64,000 bases of DNA from Octopus bimaculoides (lineage: Eukaryota), in NCBI RefSeq assembly GCF_001194135.2, contig NC_068984.1, forward strand, positions 60,816,809-60,880,808, in the 5' to 3' direction. The notes below the pieces were generated by a model. It searched no databases. It was not told the DNA's origin and worked only from the letters and a program-made list of their open reading frames with translations. The number at the start of each line of letters is the position of its first letter. Within the stretch, counting starts at the first letter, position 1. Shown piece by piece: positions 38,610 through 51,478 of this stretch. The translations under genes were made by a program, and so were the position numbers.

Positions 38610-39682
38610 TCATCATCATCAGCATCATCATCGTTTAATGTCCGCTTTCCATGCTAGCATGGGTTGGACGATTTGACTGAGGACTGGTGAAACCGGATGG
38701 CAATACCAGGCTCCAATCTAATTTGGCAGAGTTTCTACAGTTGGATGCCCTTCCTAACGCCAACCACTCAGAAAGTGTAGTGGGTGCTTTTACGTGTCAC
38801 CCGCACGAAGGCCAGTCAGGCGGTACTGGCAACGGCCACGCTCGAAATGGTGTCTTTTATGTGCCACCCGCACAAAAGCCAGTCCAGGGGCACTGGCAAC
38901 GATCCCGTCCCGCTCAAAACATTTCATGTGTCACCCGCACAAGAGCCAGCCCAGGGGCACTGGCAACAATCTCGCTCANNNNNNNNNNNNNNNNNNNNNN
39001 NNNNNNNNNNNNNNNNNNNNNNNNNNNNNNNNNNNNNNNNNNNNNNNNNNNNNNNNNNNNNNNNNNNNNNNNNNNNNNNNNNNNNNNNNNNNNNNNNNNN
39101 NNNNNNNNNNNNNNNNNNNNNNNNNNNNNNNNNNNNNNNNNNNNNNNNNNNNNNNNNNNNNNNNNNNNNNNNNNNNNNNNNNNNNNNNNNNNNNNNNNNN
39201 NNNNNNNNNNNNNNNNNNNNNNNNNNNNNNNNNNNNNNNNNNNNNNNNNNNNNNNNNNNNNNNNNNNNNNNNNNNNNNNNNNNNNNNNNNNNNNNNNNNN
39301 NNNNNNNNNNNNNNNNNNNNNNNNNNNNNNNNNNNNNNNNNNNNNNNNNNNNNNNNNNNNNNNNNNNNNNNNNNNNNNNNNNNNNNNNNNNNNNNNNNNN
39401 NNNNNNNNNNNNNNNNNNNNNNNNNNNNNNNNNNNNNNNNNNNNNNNNNNNNNNNNNNNNNNNNNNNNGTCGCCCGCACAAGAGCCAGCCCAGGGGCACC
39501 GGCAACGATCCCGCTCGGAAAGATTTCATGTGTCGCCCGCACATGAGCCAGTCCAGGGGCACTGGCAACGATCCCGTCCCGCTCAAAACATTTCATGTGT
39601 CACCCGCACAAGAGCCAGCCCAGGGGCACTGGCAACAATCTCGCTCAAAAGACCCCATGTGTCGCCCGCACACGAGCCAGTC
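38610..39682 (-). mobile_element. SINE family E: RTE-type 3' tail, (GAT)n end, 5'-truncated within an internal 62-67-bp minisatellite
   Basis: GGATGCCCTTCCTAACGCCAACC (38743-38765) typical of RTE-related tails; tandem units gtgtcacccgcacaagagccagcccaggggcactggcaac on both sides of the gap. Confidence 0.85.
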
Positions 39683-40092
39683 GAAGCTGAGAAATTGAAA
39701 CGAACGTATGCGACAAGAAATTGACTATTATATAAATAAATAAATTTCTGTGGTTACCCCTCCATTTTCTTTATATTATATTATTAAAATTCTGTTCTCC
39801 TATATCGGATGGATGGAAACATCTATAACGACAACTGGAATTTCATAAGTGTAAAGTACTGATGTCGAAGAAGAACCATCAATAGGTACTAATGCTAACA
39901 CAAATTAACAAATCCGAGGAATATTAATCGATATGGAGCTAAACCGGTGTAGGCTTGGATGAAATATATCCCTGAGAAAAAGCAGCTTCTTTCCATTCGA
40001 AACTATATATATGTGTGTGTGTATGTGTATGACTGTATGTGCTTGTAACACATTTATGCGCGCCCATACACATGCATAAACACACACACATA

Positions 40093-40146
<54 letters not shown>

Positions 40147-40413
40147 TAAATAAATGTCAAGGGAAGAAGAATTACGTATTCAAGTTTAGCTTACAGATGC
40201 TTCTGCGGTAAGATACAGTGCACTCAGAGCCTAGGGTTTGTCCAGCTTAATGCAGAAACAGCTGTAAGCTAATGATATGGGTCACGTAATTCCTGTTCCC
40301 TTGTCATTTATTAATTTGATTTTGCGCTCTATATTCATCTTACGTCATATTCTAAAGCATATGTATATTGAGTTCTAACACCAGCGTATTAGTGTGGCTA
40401 TGCCAAAGCAAAA

Positions 40414-40630
<217 letters not shown>

Positions 40631-40776
40631 ATACATATACTATTTCCTATGTCACACTAAACGCAGATATACTGGTGAAAGTTTGGAAATTAAGATATTT
40701 GTTTCAAAGTAGTACGTCTTTTATGCATAGAAATATATCAGTAACAGACGAAAATCGTCTAGTTGCAGAGATGGCA

Positions 40777-40821
40777 TTGCTAAACATATATTTCTGCTCC
40801 TTTGAGCTTCGTCAGCAGCAA
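40777..40821 (-). ncRNA. Decayed minimal type I hammerhead ribozyme motif
   Basis: TTGCTG-CTGACGA-A-GCTC(AAAG)GAGC-A-GAA-ATATATGT-T-TAGCAA. Confidence 0.6.
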
Positions 40822-41109
40822 GTATCTAATAGCAACGGCATGCTAAGACAACTGTAGTCTCTATTAATATAAAATGAATCCAGTGATATGTCACTGAAAA
40901 TTGCATTCTGTATCAACGACTTTAATTGTTGGAATTTGTTTTACCAGTAGAGGCTAAGACTGTCTTATATTTTGTAGCATATTCAAACTGTTGAGGAAGA
41001 TCTTGAAAACCTACTGAACCAAAATATATAACTTTATATCTGTTCTAGAAGTGTTGAGTCTTTTCCACAGTAACTGTTGTTGTTTGTAGTATAAAAACAC
41101 TAATATTAA

Positions 41110-41110
<1 letters not shown>

Positions 41111-41184
<74 letters not shown>
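41111..41184 (+). repeat. (ATCT)n microsatellite
   Basis: Directly visible. Confidence 0.98.
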
Positions 41185-41646
41185 GCGCGTGTGTGTGAGT
41201 TTGTGTGTGTATGTGTGTTTATGTGAGTGCATATTTGTATGCATGTGTTGGTGCGCAGGTGAGCATATTTGTGTATTCAGCTGCGTACATACACATATAT
41301 ACAAAAGCTCATAAAGTATACCATAATGTTGTCATATCATGTATATGTACACCAGTAATGAAATGTAGAATGTTTAATATATGTGTATTTTTGTTTTGGA
41401 AATGAAGGCTCATACACCAATACTAATTTATATACATTTATATACATACATAAATACATTCAGATATAAACACACATGTGCACACATATTATAAACATTA
41501 TACACATACATACATACATACATACATACATACATACAAACATACAAACATACATACAGAGACAGAAATAGAGGTTATGAGGGACATGTATATCGAGACA
41601 CGAGGAAGAGTGAAAGAAGAAATAGAGAAAAGCGTGTGTAGGTGTG

Positions 41647-41724
<78 letters not shown>

Positions 41725-42101
41725 ATAGATAGACAGGAAGATTTGCAATTACACATAAAAGAATATAACGTATTTGATATACAGTCTGCATACAGTCTCT
41801 GTTGATAGTTGGCAATATTTGGCAATATTTCTTGGCTGTTCAATTTTTTGTGTCGGTGTGAAAATAGGCACATCTTTATATATAATTTGGGCATAAATAT
41901 GCATAAAGCAACTTGTACATGCACATCGATATGTGCATATATGTACATGGATAAGAAAACATATATGTATATTGACAGATATGTACATCCTGTATTTGAT
42001 TCTCGTTTTTTGTAAGCCAAAAGCTAGGTTGCAAAAACGTATGTTTACTAGCAAATATATAAATGCATACATGTATTTTACACACATGTGTATTTGTGTG
42101 T

Positions 42102-42157
<56 letters not shown>

Positions 42158-42167
42158 NNNNNNNNNN

Positions 42168-42212
<45 letters not shown>

Positions 42213-42954
42213 AACATATATATATGTGTGTGTGTGTGTGTGTATATGTATGTATGTACACACACACACATGTATATATATATACATATATATATGTACA
42301 TATTTACAAATGTATATGCACACGTCTTTAAATTTTGTTTTACACATACATACCAGAATATAAAATATACATGTATGCGTGTATACATACATACATACAT
42401 ACATACACACATACATACATAGACATACACACACACTTACACACACATATAGTTATGACGTAACTACATACACATTCATATATGCATACATCCGCATAAA
42501 TCATACGTATATATATATATATATATATTTGTATACACACACACGCATACACATATTTCTATTCACACACATGCACACAACGAATTGTTTGCTGTATGTG
42601 TGGGCGCGCGCTCGTATGCATATTTTAATACACAAATTATAATTACCCGTACGTCATTTTCAATAAAGGTAAAGTAAGGAAATGAAATTTTATAGCGTAT
42701 GCCACAGATTGTTCATACAGGCTTTAAAGTTATTTAATTACTGATGAAATAAACTGTGATATACTAAATTATATAAAAAATACTATTTTCAACAATACTC
42801 ATTTAACGACACGATATTTTCCATCAAATTTCTATGTACATGTCTATATTAATGCTGATACCTAAGCTGAATTTAAAGCAGCTAAAATACAGTTATTAAA
42901 GTCTTTTCTGTAAAACTCTTCGGAGGTTCAAATTCACCATACTAAGGGTAAAGG

Positions 42955-43257
42955 GCCCCTTCGATCATGAATGGGAATGTTCCCCTCTGAAGCACAAGTC
43001 TGTGCTAGGTTGTTTGTGGAAGACCAGCAGTCGCCCATGCATACCATTCTCCTCCCTCCACGCCACTGGGAAAGGCAAAGTCCGATACAGCTCGGCATCA
43101 GCGAAATTACAACTCATTTCTACAGCTGCATGAACTAGAGCAACGTGACATAAGGTGACTTGCTGAAGAGCACAACACATTTCCCGGTCCGAAAATCGAA
43201 CTCACAACCTCACGACTCTAAACCCGACGCTCTAACCACTAATACATGTGCTTTCAC
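42955..43257 (-). mobile_element. SINE family D (CORE-SINE), diverged
   Basis: Reverse complement matches 36914-37234 through head, CORE and tail. Confidence 0.85.
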
Positions 43258-43484
43258 ACACCTTACTCCTTACTACAAGTACACCCTCGTTATGCCTATG
43301 AAGGAAACTATAAAAAAAAAACTCAAAGCAGAACTTAGTGTTAATGGCTAAACTAGTTTGTATACCAATGCCTGATTAATTAATTAATGAGTGTTTAGAG
43401 CAAAATAACATGTAAACTATTTTCTCTATATAAGAATTGTCTAACTTCATAAAATCTTTAATTCAGCATTATTTATTTTCATCG

Positions 43485-43537
43485 GGTTATACCGTGCTGA
43501 CGATTCTAAAGAAGGACGAAATAGTGCTATACGTAAC
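43485..43537 (+). ncRNA. Decayed hammerhead ribozyme-like motif
   Basis: CTGACGA(43497)-TTCT(AAAGAA)GGAC-GAA-ATAGTGCTAT-A; stem I weak. Confidence 0.4.
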
Positions 43538-43739
43538 TACTAAAAACTGTAATGTAGAAGAAAATAAATATTAATTATGTATGCTCCGTACACCTTTACG
43601 CTTCGATTCAAATTTCAAACTTCTAAATTCGCCTCAAATTTGCTTAATCGAGAAGGGATTGCATACCCTAGAAAACTTATTACCAGGGACACACAGCCTG
43701 TATAGCATGTATAGAAAACCTAATATAAATTTCAAGTAG

Positions 43740-44105
43740 TTGAGTGGTTGTATAATAAGAAGTTTGCTTCCGAACTACTTGGTTCCGGGCTCAGTCTCAC
43801 TGCGTGCAATCTTGGTTAGTGTCCTCAGGCCGACGTAAAACCGTGTGTGGTGGATTTAGTAGATGGAAACTGAAAGAAGCACGTCGCATCTATCTCTTTC
43901 TCTCTCTCACTCTACATGTGTGTGTGTGTTTGTCTCCCAACACCGCTTGACAGTGTTGGTGTGTTTACGTCCCTGTAAAGTATTTCAACAAAAGACACCA
44001 ATAGAATAATTACCAGGCTTAAAAAATTAGGACTGGGGCCGATTTGTTTGACTAAAATTCTTCAAGGCGGTGTCTCAGCATGACTTCCGTCAAATGACAG
44101 AAACC
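43740..44105 (+). mobile_element. SINE family C, full length, diverged
   Basis: aagaagtttgcttcc, ggttccgggctcagtc, gtagatggaaactgaaagaagc and tcaaatgacagaaac. Confidence 0.8.
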
Positions 44106-45059
44106 ATCAATAAATAAATGATAAACTAGTTTTTAATGTCTATGCTGTGAAATTCTAAACAGATTTAAATCCCTCTGGGTATTCTCTTTTATTTTTATTA
44201 AACAAAAGCATTAACTAAATAAAAACGTCAATATATGAAACAAAGTTATATATTTTTAGAGGCAGTAATATTTTCGGAGTTTCGCCAAATCTGGTTTTTC
44301 AAACTGTTTGAGAAACCAAACGTGGTAAAGCTTCAGTCACCTCTTTCATTGTTGTTTATGACATAAATATGTAGTATATACTAGTTTATAGCTAGTATAA
44401 ACATGTGTGGGGAAGCATACACATACGCGCACACATACGAATTCACACACACACACACACACACACAATCACACATACACATATATATGTATATATGTGT
44501 AGATGCACACATACACACATATACACACATGGTTAAAATGTACAAAAGAAGTGAGTGAACAACAAACAAAGCGTATTAGTTTGATGCTCAGGAAAATGGA
44601 TAAGTTATTTGATGTTTCGAGCCCACTCTCTTCATATATGCATATACAGCTTCTACATTAACTGAGCAACCTCTAAACACTTTTGAAAATGAAGCATTGA
44701 GTCAATCTCTCTTGTCAAAACGATTTATACCAAATTTATCGCAAATGACCACTAAGCTCCTCTCAGTCATACTTATTATCGCAGTTACATTCTTGACATA
44801 TTTCTATTCTCACCATTTGTAGCACTTACATACTTTATGGTTTTGAATGCATAAAGTAATTAAATAATTAATTATTTATTGTCATCATTTCTGTTGCAAG
44901 AGATGTCATATTTGCAATGTTAATTTGTTTTACATATCTCACAAAACATATAACACCTATTTTTTTACTCTTTAAAGCCATGATATATTGATCGATAATA
45001 TTGCCCAAAATGTCATGAGTAAAGTTAAAGACAGTCTTCAGTGTTTTATTAAAAAATCA

Positions 45060-45300
45060 CCATTATTACAGTGATTTAGCTAACAGTGTAGTTTTAATAA
45101 CATAGTGTGTTCGTCTGATCTGATGAAAAATCAAGTCTGTCAGCACAGATTCATATTTGTCCAATGATCGTGTATGAAATACTTTGCGTGGTAAGTTGTG
45201 ATGTGAGGGAGTTTAACCTGTCATGTACAGTGTTAAGGAGCTGATAACTCTCTTTACCTGATATTCTTTAGAATATCAATCAATCGCATTCTAAGCATCA
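45060..45300 (-). mobile_element. RTE-like LINE C-terminal remnant
   Basis: MLRM, KLPHITT, DHW and LTDLIFHQ across frames resemble MLR...LPRITT...GHCWR...SDL.L. Confidence 0.4.
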
Positions 45301-46685
45301 AAGTTAATAACATACGTATGAGACTATAACATAACAACATACCTAGCAAAGTAAAAACGTCATAAAATATTTGTCAGCAATTTGCACTTCTAGATAGAAT
45401 ATCTTGTACTGTTTCTTTCGGCTCTCTTCGCTTTGACTTCAAATCTCGTCAAAGTCAACTTTGCTTTTCATCCCTTCAAGATTCAATTACTAAAAGATTT
45501 GCTCAGCTCTAGGGTAGATTCTTCTATCTTTCTAGATCGTTCTCTCTCTTTCTTTTTCCTATTTTCTCTGGAAGAAATCAGTTGTGGTCAGACCTGGAAA
45601 GGAAGGCGTTATGTTATGTTTAAAATGCTTAAGACTCGACTCTACCGGGAGTTCAAGATCCAAGTAAAGCAAGAGCTATACTCCATAGCATTTCAAGTTA
45701 AAAATACTACTCAAACTATATCAGGATAATGAAATACTCTTCGGCACTTTAAATTAATATTTGTCAGTTTATATCGTAATCTTCCTTCCTAAATAGATGA
45801 GTTGCACATCCATATGGGACATATTTACAACTGAATGGACTAGGTTATTAAGGACCAAATACCTTCGACAAGGATCATGGCACAGCCTCAGTGATGAGAT
45901 ATTAGCTTCTGTTGCTTCAGTTTTCAAGGACAACGTTTTAACACCACAACCAATTACATACATTAACTGAGGCCTCGAAGGAGACTATGTTGTCACTTGG
46001 CTTCCACATCTCCCTCAAGTTACTCTCAGCCGTCTTAAAATAGAAAATAACTGTAGATGTTGTAGTCCTGGAACACCCTAAAAGAACGGAATGGTTATGA
46101 TGAGGGGAATTCCACTCAATCATAATTGACCTGAGGCTAACATCCCACAGCAATATATTTCTCTCGCTGATCCTATTATTAAATTTACCATATTCTTCTA
46201 AATTTCACCATTAAAACATTTCTCTGTAATTAGTAAAATCTAAAAACAATTGTTTATAGAGAAAAATGATAAATTACATGTTTGAAGCTGTTTAGATTTC
46301 AATATGATACTATACCAAAATAAAAATAGTCTTGGAATGTCTGAATCGATTTTGTAATGAAAGCATTATAAAATTAAATATTAAATTTAGTTACTTCAAA
46401 TTTATTAATATGACTTAATGAATTTAATGTTTCAGCTGTTACATCTCGACTGTTTTAAATCACTTCTAAAAATTTTGTCATTGCTTGCTAAAATTCACGA
46501 GTATTACACTGAATAAATATGTATCAATAATGTTTTGAATTTTCTTTTTAAGTTATCTAGAGATCATGAGCTCAAACCTTGATTCGGCCATTATATTTTT
46601 TGATTCTGAGACATATGGAGCTACTACCGTTTCCATTCAATTTTTGTTGACTCGCTGCCAAATGAGTACCTCAGTATACTATTGT

Positions 46686-46897
46686 TCTCAAATTTTGGCA
46701 AAAGGTCAGCAAGTTCGTGGGGAGGGAGTAAGCCGATTACATCGCCCTCAATGCTCAACTGGTGCTTAATTTATCGACCCTTAAAGGATGAAAGACAAAG
46801 TCGACCTCAGCAAAATTTCAGCTCAGAACATGAAGACGGACGAAATGCCACTAAGAATTTTGCCCGGCATGCTAACGATTCTGCCGCGTTCGCCGCA
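46686..46897 (-). mobile_element. SINE family A, full length
   Basis: Reverse complement starts gcggcgaacgcggcagaatcgttagcatgccgggcaaaattcttag. Confidence 0.88.
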
Positions 46898-48475
46898 TTT
46901 GCTTAAAAATGCTATTGTCAGCTTATCTAGGATGTCCGCACTGGTTCATTACAGTTTGGAATGAAACTAGTGTTTGCGTGGTTGGGCCTAGATGGGATTT
47001 GAATTCAAAATGCAAAGACCCGAAACAAATGCTTCACGTCATTTTATTCGTTACTGTAAAAGTTACTCCACACACCTTCCTTGGACAGCTTCCTTTTTTT
47101 ATCGACTTCAAAAGGATGAAAGGCAAAGTTGATCATGTCAGGATTTGAACTTGGGACACAGCACAAAATTCAAGAGTTATTCTAATGACTTCCATCAGTG
47201 GTTGTCCAGAACTTATCACAAGTTCAATTAAACTTGATCCTTTATCACTCACAATTATACATACAATTCATTCTCAACTCCAATTTCTAGAACATAAAAT
47301 ACTGACGCGATAAGTCTCTTGAACAGATATTAATCTATTTCAAGTAGCTTTTCCCTATGGAACGAATTCACCTAAGCACTGCAAGCCAACTAGGCGTACT
47401 CCAGTTCTATAGTGCTCTCATTGGCTTCAAATTGGACTAGATTCAGAAGTATGATCCGAAAAATAGTTTATCTTAGTCCTTTCGAGGTAGATGTTTTGTT
47501 AGAATATGAATTACTACATACATAATTATTTGATGTTCTATCAATTCAAGTTATATTCTGTTCACTACTTTGTCTAACTGAAAAGACGCATCAATCCTAA
47601 TTCAAAAATTTCCCGTTAGTATTAAGAATAGACGTCTTTATAAAAAAAAAAAAAACTTCCACCAACAAAATTTTAAAATTATTGACTGGATAAGATATCT
47701 AGTCTGCTTGATCCTGAACCATGAATACACGTTTTCTACAAGTCTTTTTTATCTTTTTTTTGTATTTAGTTTGCAATATTTTTGATGCGTATTCGTGTGT
47801 TGAAACAATTCTTGTTACTTGGGTGAGTCTTTACGTCAATAATAATAACATACGCACCGATTCAATATCACTTCTTTATAATGTTAGTCAATCAGTTAAG
47901 TATCTAAGCAACTAAACTAACTGATCGTTCCGTTAATGTGTTGGTTAAACAATCTATCGGTTGTTTATCAAAATCTTTTCGTTGCAATTCGCGATCTCAT
48001 CAGTGACACGCCCTCTCTCTTCAAGTCAGACCTTGATATTGAACCAGTGCGTGTGTTTATTATTATTGGCGTAATGACCTTCTCAAGATACAAGATTCTC
48101 TTTATGTTTCCTAACAACACATTTAAGTTAAATTAACTGCGAGCAGTTGATAGTTTCAACGGTTTCTCTGAAAATTAACTTGCACTAACGTATTTGCACG
48201 GATATGAATTAGGTGAATTAATAGGATGTCAGGCTTTTACATCTTGGTTCAATATGAATAAATCTGGTACAGTGTTTATAATTAGCTTTCCAACAATAAT
48301 TTATGTTCATTTACATACAAGCAGAATCCAAGGAATGTAGTAACGGTAACATCTAGAATTAGAAGGGAAATTTCAACTGTATATAACTCTCTTCTCTTCT
48401 GCAGTCAAGGATCTGACTTTTAAAATACGAAACCAGTCCTTCTGTTACGATAATTTCATCTATTTTAAATTTCAG

Positions 48476-48587
48476 ACTGTCTCTTGAAACCAGTGGCGGT
48501 ACATCTATAAGTTTATTTGCCGTGAGGAAGATGGGAGACCTGACTTTTCTCCGAGGACTCTTTACCTTTAGGGAAGGCTATGTAAAG
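48476..48587 (+). CDS. Candidate internal exon of an unidentified gene (strand ambiguous)
   Basis: tttcag|...aag|gtttag borders; one open frame LSLETSGGTSISLFAVRKMGDLTFLRGLFTFREGYVK; the minus strand is also open, and no homology is recognised. Confidence 0.2.
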
Positions 48588-49284
48588 GTTTAGTTATGAC
48601 TCGTTATTGAAGAAAGATTAGCATTGTGTCTAGAGGGTATTTATCTTTTTATATAATGCTCAGTGAAAATCAATCTAAGTTATAATCATATGTATTGCAG
48701 TTATATTTAAAGTATTATTATTAGTGCCATGTTATATACAAATATCTAAAATGGCATGATTGATAACATCTATGCTATCATAGAAAAATGAATTTAAAAG
48801 GGATCTGAAAGCCTTCCTCATCAAAATATATTGATGGTATACTATTCACCTTCAAACCAATTGAATATATAACTTTCTTTCATGTATTTATCTCGTAATC
48901 AGAATATCAAATGGCTAGATTGATAAATTTCTACATTTTTATAACGTGTAAGAAGAGATGGAGGCATATTTCAGGATTGACTTACCGCTCAGATACGATG
49001 ATTGTAAAGTTTTTATTTCTTGGTTAGATAGATAACCTGAAACAAGCAGAAAAATTATCCTATTTAAGAGTAGAAAATATTGGCACTTGAGTAAATGAAT
49101 TTACTCTTTAGTTGTTCGATTTGCTATAAATAACTGAGAAATTTCCTCAAGCGCAACTGACTGTCTTGGAAAAAGAAAGGCACATGATAAACATCTCAGA
49201 TAAACAAGAATAGAGGAAAATACAAGTGGAACGTGGCTAGAATACTTTTTAACCATACATTTGCTCAATTAGGGTTGATCTGAC

Positions 49285-49318
<34 letters not shown>

Positions 49319-50870
49319 GAAGTATAATTTCAGAAGTAAAATTCTATACATCTATCAATCTTTCACGAACCAAGGGCTCAGAACATTTATCAGTCAGGCT
49401 CAGCCATTTTATAATAGCATAGATAATAGTAAAAGAGAGTTTTACGAAAGATTGCATTGACAGAATGTCATATATAAGAGTCTCATAAGAAACAGCTGTT
49501 GATTAGGAAAGAAAGTTATCTGAGAAAAGCAATATTTTAAATTAAAGTCTTTCAGAACATACTCTAAGGAAGAATGCAAATATTTCGGATTACAACAACG
49601 AAGACTTAATGGCTTTGTGAAACTTAATTCCAAACCAACAAACGTTGGTCTATCAAACTTTTACTTGAAAATATTTGTTTCTTTTTCCATTTATATGCTC
49701 TTTTGCATATGAACAGACAGTGAACAGAATTTACTGGAAGTTTCTATCATTGTTGCCGGCAGCTACTCGAATCTGAGAAACAAACACATGTACAAAAAAT
49801 ACCACTAGAAATGAATGATTTATGAATTTGCAAATCCTAAATTGTCAACTTTTGTTTCTTCCATGATCAGCTATTTGTCAAAGGAAATTTAGAGTCAATG
49901 CAGCAGAAAATTAAAGGTGTTGCTTGCTATAGTTAATATCAAAATGGTGGTCGAATGGTAGAAGCAGCAGAGTGTCAGATGGATAAAATGTATTACAACA
50001 TTTAATCTAGTGCTATGTTCAAATCTTCTATAATCGACTTTGTCCATTTTTCCTGGAGCTATTAAAATAACTAGACATATATCGGAAATTATGACTTTTG
50101 AAGATTTCTGTATCTAGGATTATGGCATTGAGAAATGTTTTGGCTTCATGTACTTCAGTTAAAAACACTTCTTAGATCAATATTATCTTTTATCTCTGCA
50201 GAACTGTTGAAATTTAAAACTTCGGAATGAATTACTTCTGGTGGTAAACGTTTGCAGTGATCAGATCTACAGTATCTTTACTTCCAACATATTGACCTCA
50301 TAACAAAAAAGGTAGTGAGAAGTGTATGTTATGAAGATAAAGAGAAGTGTGTTATGCTGCAGAAAACAAATAAGTACCATGTCTAAAGGGAACTGCCGAA
50401 CAAAATATCACATGCCATTGGTTTCTGGCCTCCCCTTCTCTCCCTTCCAGCTTCGGAGTTCGTACAAACTCTTGGCCGTCACCCTTCCTGTGACTACGCC
50501 ATAAAAAATATACAGTATATGGCACTGGATATACTATATATACAACTGCTATAGATAGCAGTATATCTAGCAAATACGTATGTAGTAATGTATGTCTCGA
50601 TGTATGAATGTATGTTTGTGTGTGCGCGCGCGAGTCCTAGATACGATTTTAAACTTGTGGAGCTCTGGTTCGGAAGTATGTATGTATGTATGTATGTATG
50701 TATGTATGTATGTATGTATGTTTGTGTGTATGTGTGTGTGTGTGTATGTGTGTGTGTGTTCTAAATATAACTTTAAACTAGTGAGGCTCTGGTTCGGAAG
50801 TTCCAAGGTTTTGAGGAGTATGGAATCACATCTAAGCCACATTTATTCCCAGGTCTACTCTAATTCACAA

Positions 50871-51385
50871 TTATGGGCTAACAGCAATTGGAATGACAAT
50901 CCATCTGAGCGCGTGGATGCAGAAGTTCTTTAAACATTCTTCTATTTCTTCGACGCCTGCTATTTCTACTTTTCTTGTCGCTATATTCAGCGTTCGATAA
51001 GTAATTATTTTTCTTTCCGACTTCTTTGCTACTTCTTGGGGGGAGGGGGGGGTCAATCTAAGGCATCCTCCTTTCTTCTTCAACAGGTTATCAAATTTCT
51101 TGTAGTCTATGTCTTTCATTTTCAGTTCCCGCACCTGCAGTAGCTCGGCTGTCAGGTTTCTGCCCGTCACCGCAGCATAACTGCCTGTCTGGACCTGTGA
51201 ATTCATATCTCCGTTATTTACCGCTTCACCCATAAATGGAGAAGCCAAACAAAATCTTCAACAATTTCACAAATGCAACACAATATTCAACAATTCAACA
51301 ATCCAACAGTACATCAACTCAACACTTCTGCAATTCAACAATTCAGAAACTCAAATAAAAAGTCGCAACTCACATCTGTGAGAAT
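50871..51385 (-). mobile_element. 5' end of a non-LTR retrotransposon: 5' UTR plus ORF1/gag-like N-terminus
   Basis: 125-aa non-repetitive ORF 51248-50871 with the N-terminal SYAAVT motif common in LINE ORF1 proteins; upstream TTG-rich leader; frame degrades after 50871. Confidence 0.45.
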
Positions 51386-51478
51386 CACCAGCTTGGGATG
51401 AGAACTTACCCCACTCGCAAAATACTATATGCTTTTTCCAGCAACAAATCGTCGATGATCTCGAAAATGGAGAAATAA

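Noticed and set aside
38674-38700. CTGAGGA...GAAA in SINE family E
   Set aside because: Only 5 nt separate the core halves, so no stem II can form.
38795-39682. Tandem array as a possible CRISPR or coding repeat
   Set aside because: There are no unique spacers, the context is eukaryotic, the units are not a constant multiple of 3, and the array is inside a SINE.
47965-48005. Minus-strand CTGATGA...GAAA
   Set aside because: Stems II and III do not pair convincingly.
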